A stretch of 64,000 bases of DNA from Laetmonice hystrix. Lineage: Eukaryota. Below the pieces are notes generated by a model, which made no database searches, was not told the origin of the DNA, and worked only from the letters and a program-made list of their open reading frames with translations. The stretch is taken from contig OZ249436.1 in assembly GCA_965235115.1 (NCBI GenBank), positions 8,620,001-8,684,000 of the forward strand, in the 5' to 3' direction. Both the position numbers and the translations under genes were made by a program. Within the stretch, counting starts at the first letter, position 1. Every line of letters begins with the position of its first letter. Positions 24,801 through 63,600 of this stretch are shown here, one piece after another.

Positions 24801-27246
24801 GGTAACCAGGAATGTGGGAAAGTTAGTGGTCAGCCGACAACCGACCTTTTACCCACGACCTGTTCCTGCACCGTCCACCGCTATCGGGCGTAAAACCAGA
24901 GGGTGGATGTCTCTCACAAGATCGAGCTCCGTGAGACCAAGAAATAACATCTTTGATGATTGGAATCAAGTATGATTCTGTGGGACAGTCCTCCTGTCCG
25001 ATCCTCGCTCAATTCTTTGATGATTGTAATCAAGTATGATTCTGTGGGGCAGTCCTCCTGTCCGATCCTCGCTCAATTCTTTGATGATTGTAATCAAGTA
25101 TGATTCTGTGGGGCAGTCCTCCTGTCCGACCCTAGCTCAGTTCTTTGATGATTGTAATCAAGTATAATTCTGTGGGGCAGTCCTCCTGTCCGATCCTCGC
25201 TCAATTCTTTGATGATTGTAATCAAGTATGATTCTGTGGGGCAGTATTTGTGTTTTAGAATAAACTCTCACGCCGTTCAAATATAATTCTGTTTGATTAC
25301 AAAAAGCGGGTCTAGTTTTAATATCGTGCGAGAGGCTTCTTCCATGCTTTAAAGCCGGTGTCGCATTTCGTTCCGATGCTCCGACCGCCCGACATCGGAG
25401 ACATATCGGACCAAATATCGGGCCGTGAGAGCAGAAGGTCGTGTAGTGTGATGACATTTACGTGCGATGGTTGCAACAATATGGGAGGGTCGGTGAGTCC
25501 GATAAAAGTCTGACACTGTCAGACCGATCATCATCCAGCAGTCGGAGGTAGGCCTAAATCGGGGGTTGTAGGGTAGTGTGAGCATGACGTCGTACCGTGT
25601 GAGCGTCATATCGGACTAAAATCGGAGTCGGGATTGGGCTCTCGGAACTGACAGCCAATCAAAACGTCAGAAATATCATGTAAACTCAATTTACCTCCGA
25701 TCCTCGGAAGGCTGCGTGGTCGGAGGATCGGAATAAGATCGCAACAACTGGAGCCCCGATTTACCTACGATTGTCGGAAGCTCGGGCAGTCGGAGCATCG
25801 GAACGAAATATTGTGCCGTGTGACAGAAATTCCGGTGTGAAAGGAATATGGGAATGGAATTCTGCCGCCCCCTATAGGTATGCAGGCCCCAGGTCGTCCA
25901 CTTCGTGGTAAACAATATGACAATAGCCCGTCGGAGTCACAGCCCCCAACTGGGTAGGGACTAATTATCTGTGGGTTCAGGAACTAGTACTAATACAAAT
26001 ACGTTGGGATAAGGATGATAAAGATATATTGATATAACACAACATTAAGGACTTCAAGCCCTAGGGATGCAGACACATGTATTTCGGGGATTGCATTGCA
26101 TTCCAATGGGACATACAAATCTGTTACACCCGACCCATTTTAGGGTTGGTTATACAAATTAAAGGGGCATATTATGAGGAAACGTGCAAAATCTGTATTT
26201 CAAAGAACTTTTGCCGTTTTCATAAAGAGATCTTTCATTAAAATTGTTTGGTAAACAAAGACAGACTTAGTTTCATTTTGCGTGAGAAATCGAAGTTTAT
26301 GAAGCTCCCTTGCCCGCTTCTCTGCCGATTTCGTAAAATATTTTTGGGTGGCATTCTGATGCCAGACGATCGAGTGCAACTGCTGAATTGTTTACAACTA
26401 AGCGAAGCACGTGACTAAGCACATGCAGAGAGTGCACACGCAGGATGTGACGCAGTATGCAATTACACGGGTTGATGGGAGGTTGTCTATACCAAATTAT
26501 GGTGGGAGATGTGCTATCGGGAGAAATCTATAGGTTTGGTCGTATAGAACCTACTTGTGCTGCATACGCAGCGAAAACACGTCGGAGGACAAAATGCTTT
26601 GGTAGGATTATTTACTTGGATCCCTATTACACGGTCATGTTGGATAATTGCCGGAAATCCCCCAAAACGTTTTCCATAGGATGCCCCTTTAAACAACAAA
26701 ACCAAGACGACAGATTTTTTGTGTTTGTTTTTATCAAAGCATTGCGAATTTATTTGCCCCAACATAACATACCTAAAAGATTTCCTAGAATGAAACGATT
26801 CCAAGCACTCTTTTTAATTCAGTAGCACATAATGTACTATAATCTGTACTCAAGTCAAATTTAGCCGGAGGCCCTAAATGGTACCATGGCACATAAATAC
26901 ATCAGGAAAAAGTGCCTTATGACTTTATAATATGTAAATATGGACACATAATCATGTTTCCCACACATCCCTGTATCAGCAGTTTGGATAAATGTATAAT
27001 ACGCCTATAGAAGAGTAATAGTTCAATAATAGTTTCTAATATTTCCTTCCATGGTAATATTTGGATTTCTCAATACACCATGAGAATGAGTTTGCAAACT
27101 TCTAACAGTAATGATCGCTCATTCACAACTCATTTTGTTCAATGTTACGCACTGATTCCCTTTTTGAACACAATGCTGTAATCATGTTTGATGTTCGCTG
27201 GCCCTATACCATGTACCTGTATCTCCGACAGTTTATACCAGACTAA
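15816..27246 (+). CDS. Large protein (about 2000 aa), probably nuclear: N-terminal SPOC-like domain resembling TASOR/FAM208, followed by a mostly disordered region encoded by a 4.7-kb exon
   Basis: Phase-compatible exons: 15816-15925 (acceptor at 15785), 16097-16206, 18244-18344, 18564-18654, 18830-18923, 19046-23759, 24148-24969 and a tentative last exon 27232-27246 (FIPD*). The N-terminus reads MKTSSAQTIAWEGCLEYRKQPLASIIAKTGIPLKGHLPTDLQVHQKINFEKFAEQVLPSSL...YQICCLEPKEKVTKWQRFTDFLQRDHSVGVASI...CLFIVP...ALGLVSW. The start codon and the last two exons are less certain. Confidence 0.7.
16475..16807. mobile_element. Truncated inverted copy of the 11314-11790 element
   Basis: Reverse-complement match over about 330 nt (e.g. 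CAGACCGTAGCAGGTGTGGG, GCTATGTTTACATCCAGAAAAGCGAGGACATT), ending in CCAGGCTA. Confidence 0.8.
17329..17500. mobile_element. Palindromic MITE bounded by TTAA
   Basis: TTAAGCTGCGTGTCCACAGGTCCG ... CGGACCTGTGGACACGCAGCTTAA with arms of about 65 nt. Confidence 0.85.
17583..17848. mobile_element. Palindromic MITE with internal subrepeats
   Basis: TTCGTTTCAGAGAAACAT ... ATGTTTTCTCTGAAACGAA, with internal TGACGTCACTAAGTCGTTATTACGA subrepeats. Confidence 0.75.
19046..23759 (+). CDS. Giant internal coding exon (4714 nt) of the SPOC-like gene
   Basis: Largely non-repetitive 1607-aa ORF in the track. Acceptor TTTATTTCAG| before 19046 and donor AAT|GTAAGT after 23759. Basic NLS-like runs (KKKSGPRRKGRKGHKRKG) and a predicted helical block at about 22150-22760. 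Confidence 0.9.
20287..20503 (+). repeat. 27-bp coding tandem repeat (TSGNKGHSD, about 8 copies)
   Basis: Unit CAGGAAATAAGGGWCACAGTGACACGT inside the giant exon. Confidence 0.95.
24950..25245. repeat. 64-bp tandem repeat, about 4.5 copies, spanning the exon end and donor of the SPOC-like gene
   Basis: TCTTTGATGATTG(G/T)AATCAA|GTATGATTCTGTGGG recurs every 64 nt. Confidence 0.92.
25350..25823. mobile_element. MITE-like element (Harbinger-like ends)
   Basis: ATTTCGTTCCGATGCTCCGAC near 25365 pairs with GTCGGAGCATCGGAACGAAAT near 25788-25809; CCGA/TCGG-rich interior. Confidence 0.7.
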
Positions 27247-27552
27247 CGCGGCCGATCACGTCTCCATAATCCCGACGATTTACACCAGACTTACGCGGTC
27301 GATCACGTCTACGTAATCCCGACGATTTACACCAGACTAACGCGGTCGATCACGTCTCCATAATCCCGACGATTTACACCAGACTTACGCGGTCGATCAC
27401 GTCTACATAATCCCGACGATTTACACCAGACATACGCGGTCGATCACGTCCACATAATCCCGACGATTTACACCAGACATACGCGGCCGATCATGTCTCA
27501 CGGTGTATACCAGACTGACTAGGCCGTTCACGTCTACATAACCCCGACGTCT
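27226..27552. repeat. 47-bp tandem repeat, about 7 copies
   Basis: Unit CCGACGATTTACACCAGACTWACGCGGTCGATCACGTCTMCATAATC. The first copy carries CCGACAG|TTTATACCAGACTAA. Confidence 0.92.
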
Positions 27553-29257
27553 ATAGGCCAAGAATACAATGTACTACTAAGGGAGACGTTCTCAGCCCTT
27601 GCCCACCCCACCACCACAAGCTGCAACCCCTCTTCTAGGATTATTCTATCATCATAGTACACCTATTAAATACGGAATATAGCGTTTGGAATCAACTCCA
27701 AAATCATGATTACCTTATTGCATTTACTCTATACCCTTCAAATGTAGGAATTCAGTGGAATGACTTGGGCTCATATGAGAATCAGGACACTAAACAAAAC
27801 AAAAACAAAAATATCCTTCCAACGGATTCCAGCTGTTTCTGGGATTGCACCTCTAATGTCAGTCACTGATTCATATTAACAGAAAGTAATATTTATAACA
27901 TAATACACTTGATTTGTTCATCGTCTTATACGAGATTCACCTACTACTACATACTACTCCCGAAACATTCATCAAAAAATGCGTCCGTACGATTGCTCTT
28001 GTAAACAATAATATGATACTGATCAGAATGTCCGACTAGAAGAAAAGGATATAAAAATTACAGCATTGATGAAGCGTGTATATTAAGGCCTAAGGAACGA
28101 AACACGAGTTCAGTGAACCTCGTGAAATCTGAAGGCTAACGGTTTTTACCCGAAGCGGAAAAAGACTTTATTGGGAAAACGAACTTTATCCTACCAAAAC
28201 AAACTTTACCTTACCAAAATAAACTTCACGGTACCATGCGGACGGCTGTATCGACCAAGAATGCTCGACCAATAGCGATTGTGTTCACATGCTTATCTGC
28301 TTTGCTAGAAATCTGAGTGGAACCATCATTTCTTAAAGAGGTTTAAGGGATCATCTTTAAGAAAATGCTTATTTAAAATCTCATATTATGATATCATATT
28401 GACATTTAACACTGGATAGCTTGTAGCAGCAATCCAATACACTTAGTTTTTCTGTTCAAATTGCGAAGGTAATCAATTTCAATTAATTAAGGACGAGGGG
28501 CATATGTCCCCGACATTAATTGTGGGAAAATTCTCAATTGATCAACATACCAATAGCTGCCAATGTGTAATGGTTCACTCGAGATGATAATACTTTGGTA
28601 CAGAGACACACTATAATAATTACCTCCTATTGATAAACTCTGACCAACTCAGTCATGCATTTGTTATTCTACCTTTACAAACTGCTTCAAATAAAGTTAC
28701 AATACGATAAGATCTTACATCATAGACGACACTAAATTAAGCTGTTTCAAGTATCGTATGTTAGGGCAGCGTCCCAGTTGTCCTCAGAGTCGGGGCCCTC
28801 ACTTCCCTCTTACCATTACACCCAGACTTAATCATCCATTACTCTCATCCTATCGTTGACCTTTCTATATCCATCGGCGCGAAAATAGGCTGAAATTCGT
28901 CTAGGTGTGTAACCGAGTGACTAGACTGCTAACTAATATTATTTACTCTATATTTAGATCGATTTGACACCATTACAATGGCACCCACAGTACCTATTCA
29001 GTTTTTGTTTGAAATTACATCAATTAACAACAAATGTACAAATATCATTGTTGATCTTCCTTTGAATTGAGATCTTTTCACGGTTGTGCTTGGTTATTGT
29101 TGCAATGAATGTATCTACTCCACTAACTCTATTACACAACAAAGGTTTAAATTCATGGTTTAAGTTTCATGGTTAAGCTAAGAAAGCAATTATCACATGC
29201 CATCATGACTGGTGACCTTTCTGTTAAGATACAAATCTGGTCCCTCTAACTTCTCTT

Positions 29258-29305
29258 CTACACACGATCACAGTGAACCTTGAGAAGTCCGCGTGGTTGA
29301 TCAAC
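29258..29305 (-). CDS. GFPT: GFAT alternative (distal) last exon with a divergent C-tail
   Basis: Strong acceptor GTTTTCTTTGTTCCGTTATTGTAG| followed by VDQPRGLLKVHCDRV*, homologous to the proximal last exon VDCPRNLAKSVTVE* at 35569-35525. Confidence 0.7.
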   Translation of the reverse strand, partial: VDQPRGLLKVHCDRV

Positions 29306-29865
29306 CTACAATAACGGAACAAAGAAAACACACTGTCACAAACGGCCTGCGGACAATGTTAGTGTCACCCTTCTCCTACTTTACCCATTGCTTTAACGAA
29401 TGACGACAGAACAAAACATCTGATAACACTTGTTACCATAGTCTGACCGTAGTATCTTTCTTAGCTCCTGAGTCTTGAAAACACACATTTATTTATTATT
29501 CCGGCATGGTGTAATTTTTATAAGAATTCACCTGTACATTGACCATTGTCATCCAACTACATAATATACATGAACAATATGACCATAATATACATGAACA
29601 AAAACAAACATTGCCAATCTAAACTACGCAGGCAACATGCAACTACATGCTTTACTCCCTGTGACTACAGACAACCCCCTTTCCCATGCTCACCTCCATG
29701 ATTTACATCAGTTATGCAAAACATAGAAGTGTCAACGCCTTAAAAAATAATCAAGGTTTCTCACACCAACCAATGTAATGGTATGTGGGAAGTTCAGTAC
29801 TGTGAAGTAATCCAAACCCTTTTTGGGTATGGGAGAAGAAATACGAAGAGAGATAAGGACAAAAA

Positions 29866-32800
29866 TGTCTCTGACTGACATGTTGGGGAGGAGGGGGTGG
29901 GGGAGGTACTGTCTCTGACTGACATGTTGGGGAGGAGGGGGTGGGGGAGGTACTGTCTCTGACTGACATGTTGGGGAGGAGGGGTGGGGGAGGTACTGTC
30001 TCTGACTGACATGTTGGGGAGGACGGGGTGGGGGAGGTACTGTCTCTGACTGACATGTTGGGGAGGAGGGGGTGGGGGAGGTACTGTCTCTGACTGACAT
30101 GTTGGGGAGGAGGGGGTGGGGGAGGTACTGTCTCTGACTGACATGTTGGGGAGGAGGGGGTGGGGGAGGTACTGTCTCTGACTGACATGTTGGGGAGGAC
30201 GGGGTGGGGGAGGTACTGTCTCTGACTGACATGTTGGGGAGGAGGGGGTGGGGGAGGTACTGTCTCTGACTGACATGTTGGGGAGGAGGGGGTGGGGGAG
30301 GTACTGTCTCTGACTGACATGTTGGGGAGGAGGGGGTGGGGGAGGTACTGTCTCTGACTGACATGTTGGGGAGGAGGGGGTGGGGGAGGTACTGTCTCTG
30401 ACTGACATGTTGGGGAGGAGGGGGTGGGGGAGGTACTGTCTCTGACTGACATGTTGGGGAGGAGGGGGTGAGGGAGGTACTGTCTCTGACTGACATGTTG
30501 GGGAGGAGGGGGTGAGGGAGGTACTGTCTCTGACTGACATGTTGGGGAGGAGGGGGTGAGGGAGGTAATGTCTCTGACTGACATGTTGGGGAGGATTGGG
30601 TGGGGGAGGTACTGTCTCTGACTGACATGTTGGGGAGGAGGGGGTGGGGGAGGTACTGTCTCTGACTGACATGTTGGGGAGGAGGGGGTGAGGGAGGTAC
30701 TGTCTCTGACTGACATGTTGGGGAGGAGGGGGTGAGGGAGGTACTGTCTCTGACTGACATGTTGGGGAGGAGGGGGTGAGGGAGGTAATGTCTCTGACTG
30801 ACATGTTGGGGAGGATTGGGTGGGGGAGGTACTGTCTCTGACTGACATGTTGGGGAGGAGGGGGTGGGGGAGGTAATGTCTCTGACTGACATGTTGGGGA
30901 GGAGGGGGTGAGGGAGGTACTGTCTCTGACTGACATGTTGGGGAGGAGGGGGTGAGGGAGGTACTGTCTCTGACTGACATGTTGGGGAGGAGGGGGTGAG
31001 GGAGGTACTGTCTCTGACTGACATGTTGGGGAGGAGGGGGTGGGGGAGGTACTGTCTCTGACTGACATGTTGGGGAGGAGGGGGTGAGGGAGGTACTGTC
31101 TCTGACTGACATGTTGGGGAGGAGGGGGTGGGGGAGGTACTGTCTCTGACTGACATGTTGGGGAGGAGGGGGTGAGGGAGGTACTGTCTCTGACTGACAT
31201 GTTGGGGAGGACGGGGTGGGGGAGGTACTGTCTCTGACTGACATGTTGGGGAGGAGGGGGTGAGGGAGGTACTGTCTCTGACTGACATGTTGGGGAGGAG
31301 GGGGTGAGGGAGGTACTGTCTCTGACTGACATGTTGGGGAGGAGGGGGTGGGGGAGGTACTGTCTCTGACTGACATGTTGGGGAGGAGGGGGTGGGGGAG
31401 GTACTGTCTCTGACTGACATGTTGGGGAGGAGGGGGTGAGGGAGGTACTGTCTCTGACTGACATGTTGGGGAGGACGGGGTGGGGGAGGTACTGTCTCTG
31501 ACTGACATGTTGGGGAGGAGGGGGTGAGGGAGGTACTGTCTCTGACTGACATGTTGGGGAGGAGGGGGTGGGGGAGGTACTGTCTCTGACTGACATGTTG
31601 GGGAGGAGGTACTGTCTCTGACTGACATGTTGGGGAGGAGGTACTGTCTCTGACTGACATGTTGGGGAGGAGGGGGTGGGGGAGGTACTGTCTCTGACTG
31701 ACATGTTGGGGAGGAGGGGGTGAGGGAGGTACTGTCTCTGACTGACATGTTGGGGAGGAGGGGGTGAGGGAGGTGCTGTCTCTGACTGACATGTTGGGGA
31801 GGAGGGGGTGGGGGAGGTACTGTCTCTGACTGACATGTTGGGGAGGAGGGGGTGGGGGAGGTACTGTCTCTGACTGACATGTTGGGGAGGAGGGGGTGGG
31901 GGAGGTACTGTCTCTGACTGACATGTTGGGGAGGAGGGGGTGGGGGAGGTACTGTCTCTGACTGACATGTTGGGGAGGAGGGGGTGAGGGAGGTACTGTC
32001 TCTGACTGACATGTTGGGGAGGAGGGGGTGAGGGAGGTACTGTCTCTGACTGACATGTTGGGGAGGAGGGGGGGTGTACTGTCTCTGACTGACATGTTGG
32101 GGAGGAGGGGGTGGGGGAGGTACTGTCTCTGACTGACATGTTGGGGAGGAGGGGGTGAGGGAGGTACTGTCTCTGACTGACATGTTGGGGAGGAGGGGGG
32201 GTGTACTGTCTCTGACTGACATGTTGGGGAGGAGGGGGTGGGGGAGGTACTGTCTCTGACTGACATGTTGGGGAGGAGGGGGTGAGGGAGGTACTGTCTC
32301 TGACTGACATGTTGGGGAGGAGGGGGTGGGGGAGGTACTGTCTCTGACTGACATGTTGGGGAGGAGGGGGTGAGGGAGGTACTGTCTCTGACTGACATGT
32401 TGGGGAGGAGGGGGTGAGGGAGGTACTGTCTCTGACTGACATGTTGGGGAGGAGGGGGTGGGGGAGGTACTGTCTCTGACTGACATGTTGGGGAGGAGGG
32501 GGTGGGGGAGGTACTGTCTCTGACTGACATGTTGGGGAGGACGGGGTGAGGGAGGTACTGTCTCTGACTGACATGTTGGGGAGGAGGGGGTGAGGGAGGT
32601 ACTGTCTCTGACTGACATGTTGGGGAGGAGGGGGTGAGGGAGGTACTGTCTCTGACTGACATGTTGGGGAGGAGGGGGTGGGGGAGGTACTGTCTCTGAC
32701 TGACATGTTGGGGAGGAGGGGGTGGGGGAGGTACTGTCTCTGACTGACATGTTGGGGAGGAGGGGGTGAGGGAGGTACTGTCTCTGACTGACATGTTGGG

Positions 32801-34624
32801 GAGGAGGGGGTGGGGGAGGTACTGTCTCTGACTGACATGTTGGGGAGGAGGGGGTGAGGGAGGTACTGTCTCTGACTGACATGTTGGGGAGGACGGGGTG
32901 GGGGAGGTACTGTCTCTGACTGACATGTTGGGGAGGAGGGGGTGAGGGAGGTACTGTCTCTGACTGACATGTTGGGGAGGAGGGGGTGAGGGAGGTACTG
33001 TCTCTGACTGACATGTTGGGGAGGAGGGGGTGAGGGAGGTGCTGTCTCTGACTGACATGTTGGGGAGGAGGGGGTGGGGGAGGTACTGTCTCTGACTGAC
33101 ATGTTGGGGAGGAGGGGGTGGGGGAGGTACTGTCTCTGACTGACATGTTGGGGAGGAGGGGGTGGGGGAGGTACTGTCTCTGACTGACATGTTGGGGAGG
33201 AGGGGGTGGGGGAGGTACTGTCTCTGACTGACATGTTGGGGAGGAGGGGGTGGGGGAGGTACTGTCTCTGACTGACATGTTGGGGAGGAGGGGGTGGGGG
33301 AGGTACTGTCTCTGACTGACATGTTGGGGAGGAGGGGGTGGGGGAGGTACTGTCTCTGACTGACATGTTGGGGAGGAGGGGGTGGGGGAGGTACTGTCTC
33401 TGACTGACATGTTGGGGAGGAGGGGGTGAGGGAGGTGCTGTCTCTGACTGACATGTTGGGGAGGAGGGGGTGGGGGAGGTGCTGTCTCTGACTGACATGT
33501 TGGGGAGGAGGGGGTGGGGGAGGTACTGTCTCTGACTGACATGTTGGGGAGGAGGGGGTGGGGGAGGTACTGTCTCTGACTGACATGTTGGGGAGGACGG
33601 GGTGGGGGAGGTACTGTCTCTGACTAACATGTTGGGGAAGACGGGGTGGGGGAGGTACTGTCTCTGACTGACATGTTGGGGAGGAGGGGGTGAGGGAGGT
33701 ACTGTCTCTGACTGACATGTTGGGGAGGAGGGGGTGAGGGAGGTACTGTCTCTGACTGACATGTTGGGGAGGAGGGGTGGGGGAGGTACTGTCTCTGACT
33801 GACATGTTGGGGAGGACGGGGTGGGGGAGGTACTGTCTCTGACTGACATGTTGGGGAGGAGGGGGTGAGGGAGGTACTGTCTCTGACTGACATGTTGGGG
33901 AGGAGGGGGTGGGGGAGGTACTGTCTCTGACTGACATGTTGGGGAGGAGGGGGTGAGGGAGGCACTGTCTCTGACTGACATGTTGGGGAGGAGGGGGTGA
34001 GGGAGGTACTGTCTCTGACTGACATGTTGGGGAGGAGGGGGTGGGGGAGGTACTGTCTCTGACTGACATGTTGGGGAGGAGGGGGTGGGGGAGGTACTGT
34101 CTCTGACTGACATGTTGGGGAGGAGTGGGTGGGGGAGGTACTGTCTCTGACTGACATGTTGGGGAGGAGGGGGTGAGGGAGGTACTGTCTCTGACTGACA
34201 TGTTGGGGAGGAGGGGGTGAGGGAGGTAATGTCTCTGACTGACATGTTGGGGAGGAGGGGGTGGGGGAGGTACTGTCTCTGACTGACATGTTGGGGAGGA
34301 GGGGGTGGGGGAGGTACTGTCTCTGACTGACATGTTGGGGAGGAGGGGGTGAGGGAGGTACTGTCTCTGACTGACATGTTGGGGAGGAGGGGGTGAGGGA
34401 GGTACTGTCTCTGACTGACATGTTGGGGAGGAGGGGGTGGGGGAGGTACTGTCTCTGACTGACATGTTGGGGAGGACGGGGTGGGGGAGGTACTGTCTCT
34501 GACTGACATGTTGGGGAGGAGGGGGTGGGGGAGGTACTGTCTCTGACTGACATGTTGGGGAGGAGGGGGTGGGGGAGGTACTGTCTCTGACTGACATGTT
34601 GGGGAGGAGGGGGTGAGGGAGGTG
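29866..34624. repeat. 44-bp G-rich minisatellite, roughly 108 copies
   Basis: Unit TGTCTCTGACTGACATGTTGGGGAGGAGGGGGTG(G/A)GGGAGGTAC; it lies between the two GFAT last exons. Confidence 0.98.
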
Positions 34625-35524
34625 CTCATTACAGTATGTGATTGAAAGATGTGAAATGTGTGGTGAGGTATACCCATGACAACAGGTTTCCCTATATAAA
34701 GTAACCTTTGAGAAGCCCATGATTCCATGAGAGCTGGTTCATGTGGTTCAGACATCAGCAGGGGAGGGTATGACTAGAACTACGACTACTGGGTAAGCCA
34801 TTCTCAGCCTGAAGCCATTAACAGCCAGGGAAAACGGAAATCTACAACGGATGGGTTTTCCTAGCAAAGAGGGGGTATAAAACCTTTCCGACACCTAAAG
34901 ACCAACTGCCATTACTATATCCTGCCCATTTCAAAACAAAAAGGGGTGAGCAGCCAAAAATTCTACCAAATAGCAGAAAAAATAAATAAATGAAATAATA
35001 TTACAAAAGGAGATAACACAAGAACCAGAGAAGCAAAAGTGTTTGTACCTTTTCAGTCGAAACAATCAAGTGATCAAGTAAGCCAGTAAACAACAATCCC
35101 GCACGTCTGAGGAGCCTTAACTACTCAACACACAGCCACTGAACCCTAGTCTGCCAGTACCTAGTCAGTGGGGTGATGGCCAACGGTCTGGTCGAGACTT
35201 TATATTCAAAATACCGTCACTGAAACTGCCATGTGTATGGACAGCAGTAACCCGATTTCACCATTTCACCATTTTAATAATCAAAACGCGCATGTGGTGT
35301 AAGGCGATATTATGCACGACAATTTCAGGTTTCAATGTAGCAAAACAAGCCCTGACTAAAAGACTTGGTGGCCAGGACTATGTACATGTATTTGGATAGG
35401 CTGACGTGCAAGGTACAGAGAAGGCTGCTCCTTGGCGTTCGGGAGAGGAACGGTACAATACGACACTAGAGGACGCTACTTTACCCTGCTCTCTCTCCCT
35501 TTCTCTCTCTCTTTCTACAGGAGT

Positions 35525-60640
<25,116 letters not shown>

Positions 60641-63600
60641 CTATCAAAGACACAAAACACAGCACTAAATGGTAGTAATAGTAGTGTCAGGCAGTTCAGG
60701 TAGGCGAATATTCCTATCAAAGACACAAAACACAGCACTAAGTTAGGGGCCAACAAATCGCTGAGATAATGAAAATATTATGAATACAATCATCACATAT
60801 TAAATTATTTAAACCTTTTAAAACAGTACTGTATTTATACTTCCTAACCAGTCAGAAGGTCTGGAATATATTGGATCCGTGTATCCTCTAAATTCAATAT
60901 CCCCAGACGAGTGGAAGGGTAGACTGAATACAATCCATGTTTTCATTTAGACTTTTACAAACCAAACTTATTATTCCTCCTTCAGAGTCACAGAAAGACT
61001 GGCATTGAGAGTTTGAAATATATAAACCTGGAAATAACCGTCTACCGCGAGGTGTCCTTTAGGGTCGAGAAGAAATCACGTACCATTATCTGGGCCTGTA
61101 GATGGTAGGGGGAGGGGGGAAGTGTCTGTTGTAGCTTTAAAGTTCCCAGCATCTAAGATGGGACATATCAGGGACTTGGCCTTCAGATCCTGCCCATTAA
61201 AATAAAAGTTCCGGCCCCACTGAATGTAGATCCACAGGGAATCCGTGTGATCATATCTTGCTCTGTTTTCATACGTGCTGTATACACGAATAAATTTTCA
61301 TGGCGTGTTCCTGACGTATATCTGCCCGCCCAAACTTGTTTTAATCGATTTATGTACAAAACTGGGCACGACTAAAAACTGGTGCGCCATATTCATTTCT
61401 TTTCAAACTTGTTTCATAAAGAATACTCGCCACAGATAGGAGACCTGAGAGACCGACTGATGTGAAAGTTTGTGAGGTCGGGGCCTGGCCACAGCCGACT
61501 CGAGCCTAATACATGATGCGCCGCCGCCTCCACCAATGTATCGTTCAGATACAGGCCATGACCCTCGATTACTGCATCCTGTACCGACATGCAGCATCCC
61601 CGTGTGTCTGGTGCTATGTATGCTCTGTGCATATTATATGACCGTCATTATTCACAAGCACCACTTGCATATGGTCTGCTTGAGAATACATGTCGCCACA
61701 TGCTGAATAGTTTGGGCTACTGTAGACCTTTCATATCGACCATTCCGCCATTAATTTTTCTCCCATCTTTGCCCATTTATCAAGCTCTGACCAAAACGTG
61801 TCCATCATCTACTGTGTCATTTATGGCGTTTTAACAACTACCGTGTGTGTCTATAGGTAATTGAAACATGACAATGCGTATCACTTCCAATGGCTTTTCA
61901 TACGGATTCTGGAAAAAAACCTTGGCGCCTCAAATTAAAAGGTTTGGCTCCCATTAACATCTCTTACGTTGCTATTAATGTGCCAGGCCGGCGTGGGGAC
62001 GAATACCTTACGATCGAACGTGGGGTATATGACCTCCGTCTGACGTTCATCTGGCGCTCACTACCCAACAATCAACGATACCAACACCAGGCCCGTAATA
62101 TCCATCAAATTATTGAGGGGGCTATTGAATTATTGAGGGGGCTCGACGAACAGATCCAAGGTTCTCACTGGTAAAGTAGGATAGTTATTAGGCAACACTG
62201 CAAATATTTGGGGGGGGGGGGGCTTAAGCCCCCTAGCCCCCCCCCCCCCCCCCGAATTACGGCCCTGAACACACTCAACATTCTACAGCCATTATCCGAT
62301 ACGGACCATCGTCATACACAGACGTATGGCTTGAAGCTTTGGTCTAAATCAATCCACCTCAACAGTTCTCGTGAAGACAGCACGACATAATATTTTCTTC
62401 CAGCTTCTATACAAAAGCCTACGTTTGCCATGAACAAAATTCAATCGAACTACCGGTAACTTTAACATGGTTGGAAATATTACATCTGGCTCTAAATCAA
62501 GAAAACATATATATTAAAACATCAAGTGTTCTAAAGGAGCTATTGCAGAGAGAGTACTGGCCTAATCATACGATGTTTACACCGTAGTAACCGTAATTTG
62601 CTACTTATAGACCACACTTTTATTCATCAAACCCCTCTACAGCAGTTTAAACAGGGCAATAAGCCAACATTACTTGTTTCCTCAGCTGTATCTCTCACTC
62701 CACTTGTCATGATGGAGAAAGTCTTTCTTGTTTTTTCTCCTGAAACACTTTTCACTTAACCCCACAACTGGTCCAAAGTCGAAAACAAGCTCGCTAATAT
62801 TATTGTTAATTACGCATTCCTTCGACGAGGTATCATCTCAGTTTTTCAGGAATCACACTCGGTATCACGTATAGTGTATCAATTTGCCTGAAGATCCCGA
62901 GGATGTCTTGAGTTGTCAACACTGGGTTAAAGTCACCAGCACTAGCTACCGTGTATCATTTACCTAAGGACCATATTACGTAAGCTTTACCTAAGCTCTA
63001 TATTTATTCCAAAGTTAGCATCTAGTTTAGTACTAAACGAGGAGTCTGGATGAGAACCTGGTCAGGAAGATTTGCTTAAGTTCCGTAGATTTAAAACCTT
63101 ACATGTACAATTAATACATGATTTTACATGTACATGACTGATCCTTTCAGAACATGAGGGCATCAGGGCCACACCTGACGTGTGCTACACAACTGAGTCA
63201 CTGTTCCTTGAAAGTTCATTCAGTGTGGGGGTCAATACTGCCGGTCTAGTTCTTGGAAAGAAACGTACAACAATTACTCCGATTTTTTTCCCATCAATGA
63301 CCTTTTGGACTGCCTGTACTCTCATGTAGAAGGACACATTCCAGGACGTTTCAAACTTAAGATATGTAGTCTAAATGATTCACCTGACCTGCTGTGACGA
63401 CCCCCTCCCCAACACCTCTAAACAAAAGTTTCTATCATGGCAGATCTTCAGAAGGTAATTCTATAATATTAGCCGAGCTACAGAGCCTTGACCAAAGAAC
63501 TGTGCAGATAACCTTTTATCGCCGTTTACGTCGGCAGCCATGCGTTTCAGACACCACTAATAGATCCCTATAGTTACGAATATGCCCAATGTGGATGTAT

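Noticed and set aside
29732..34755. Minus-strand Pro-rich ORFs of 1263-1662 aa
   Set aside because: A 44-bp stop-free unit opens all three frames with the same peptide; this is a minisatellite artefact.
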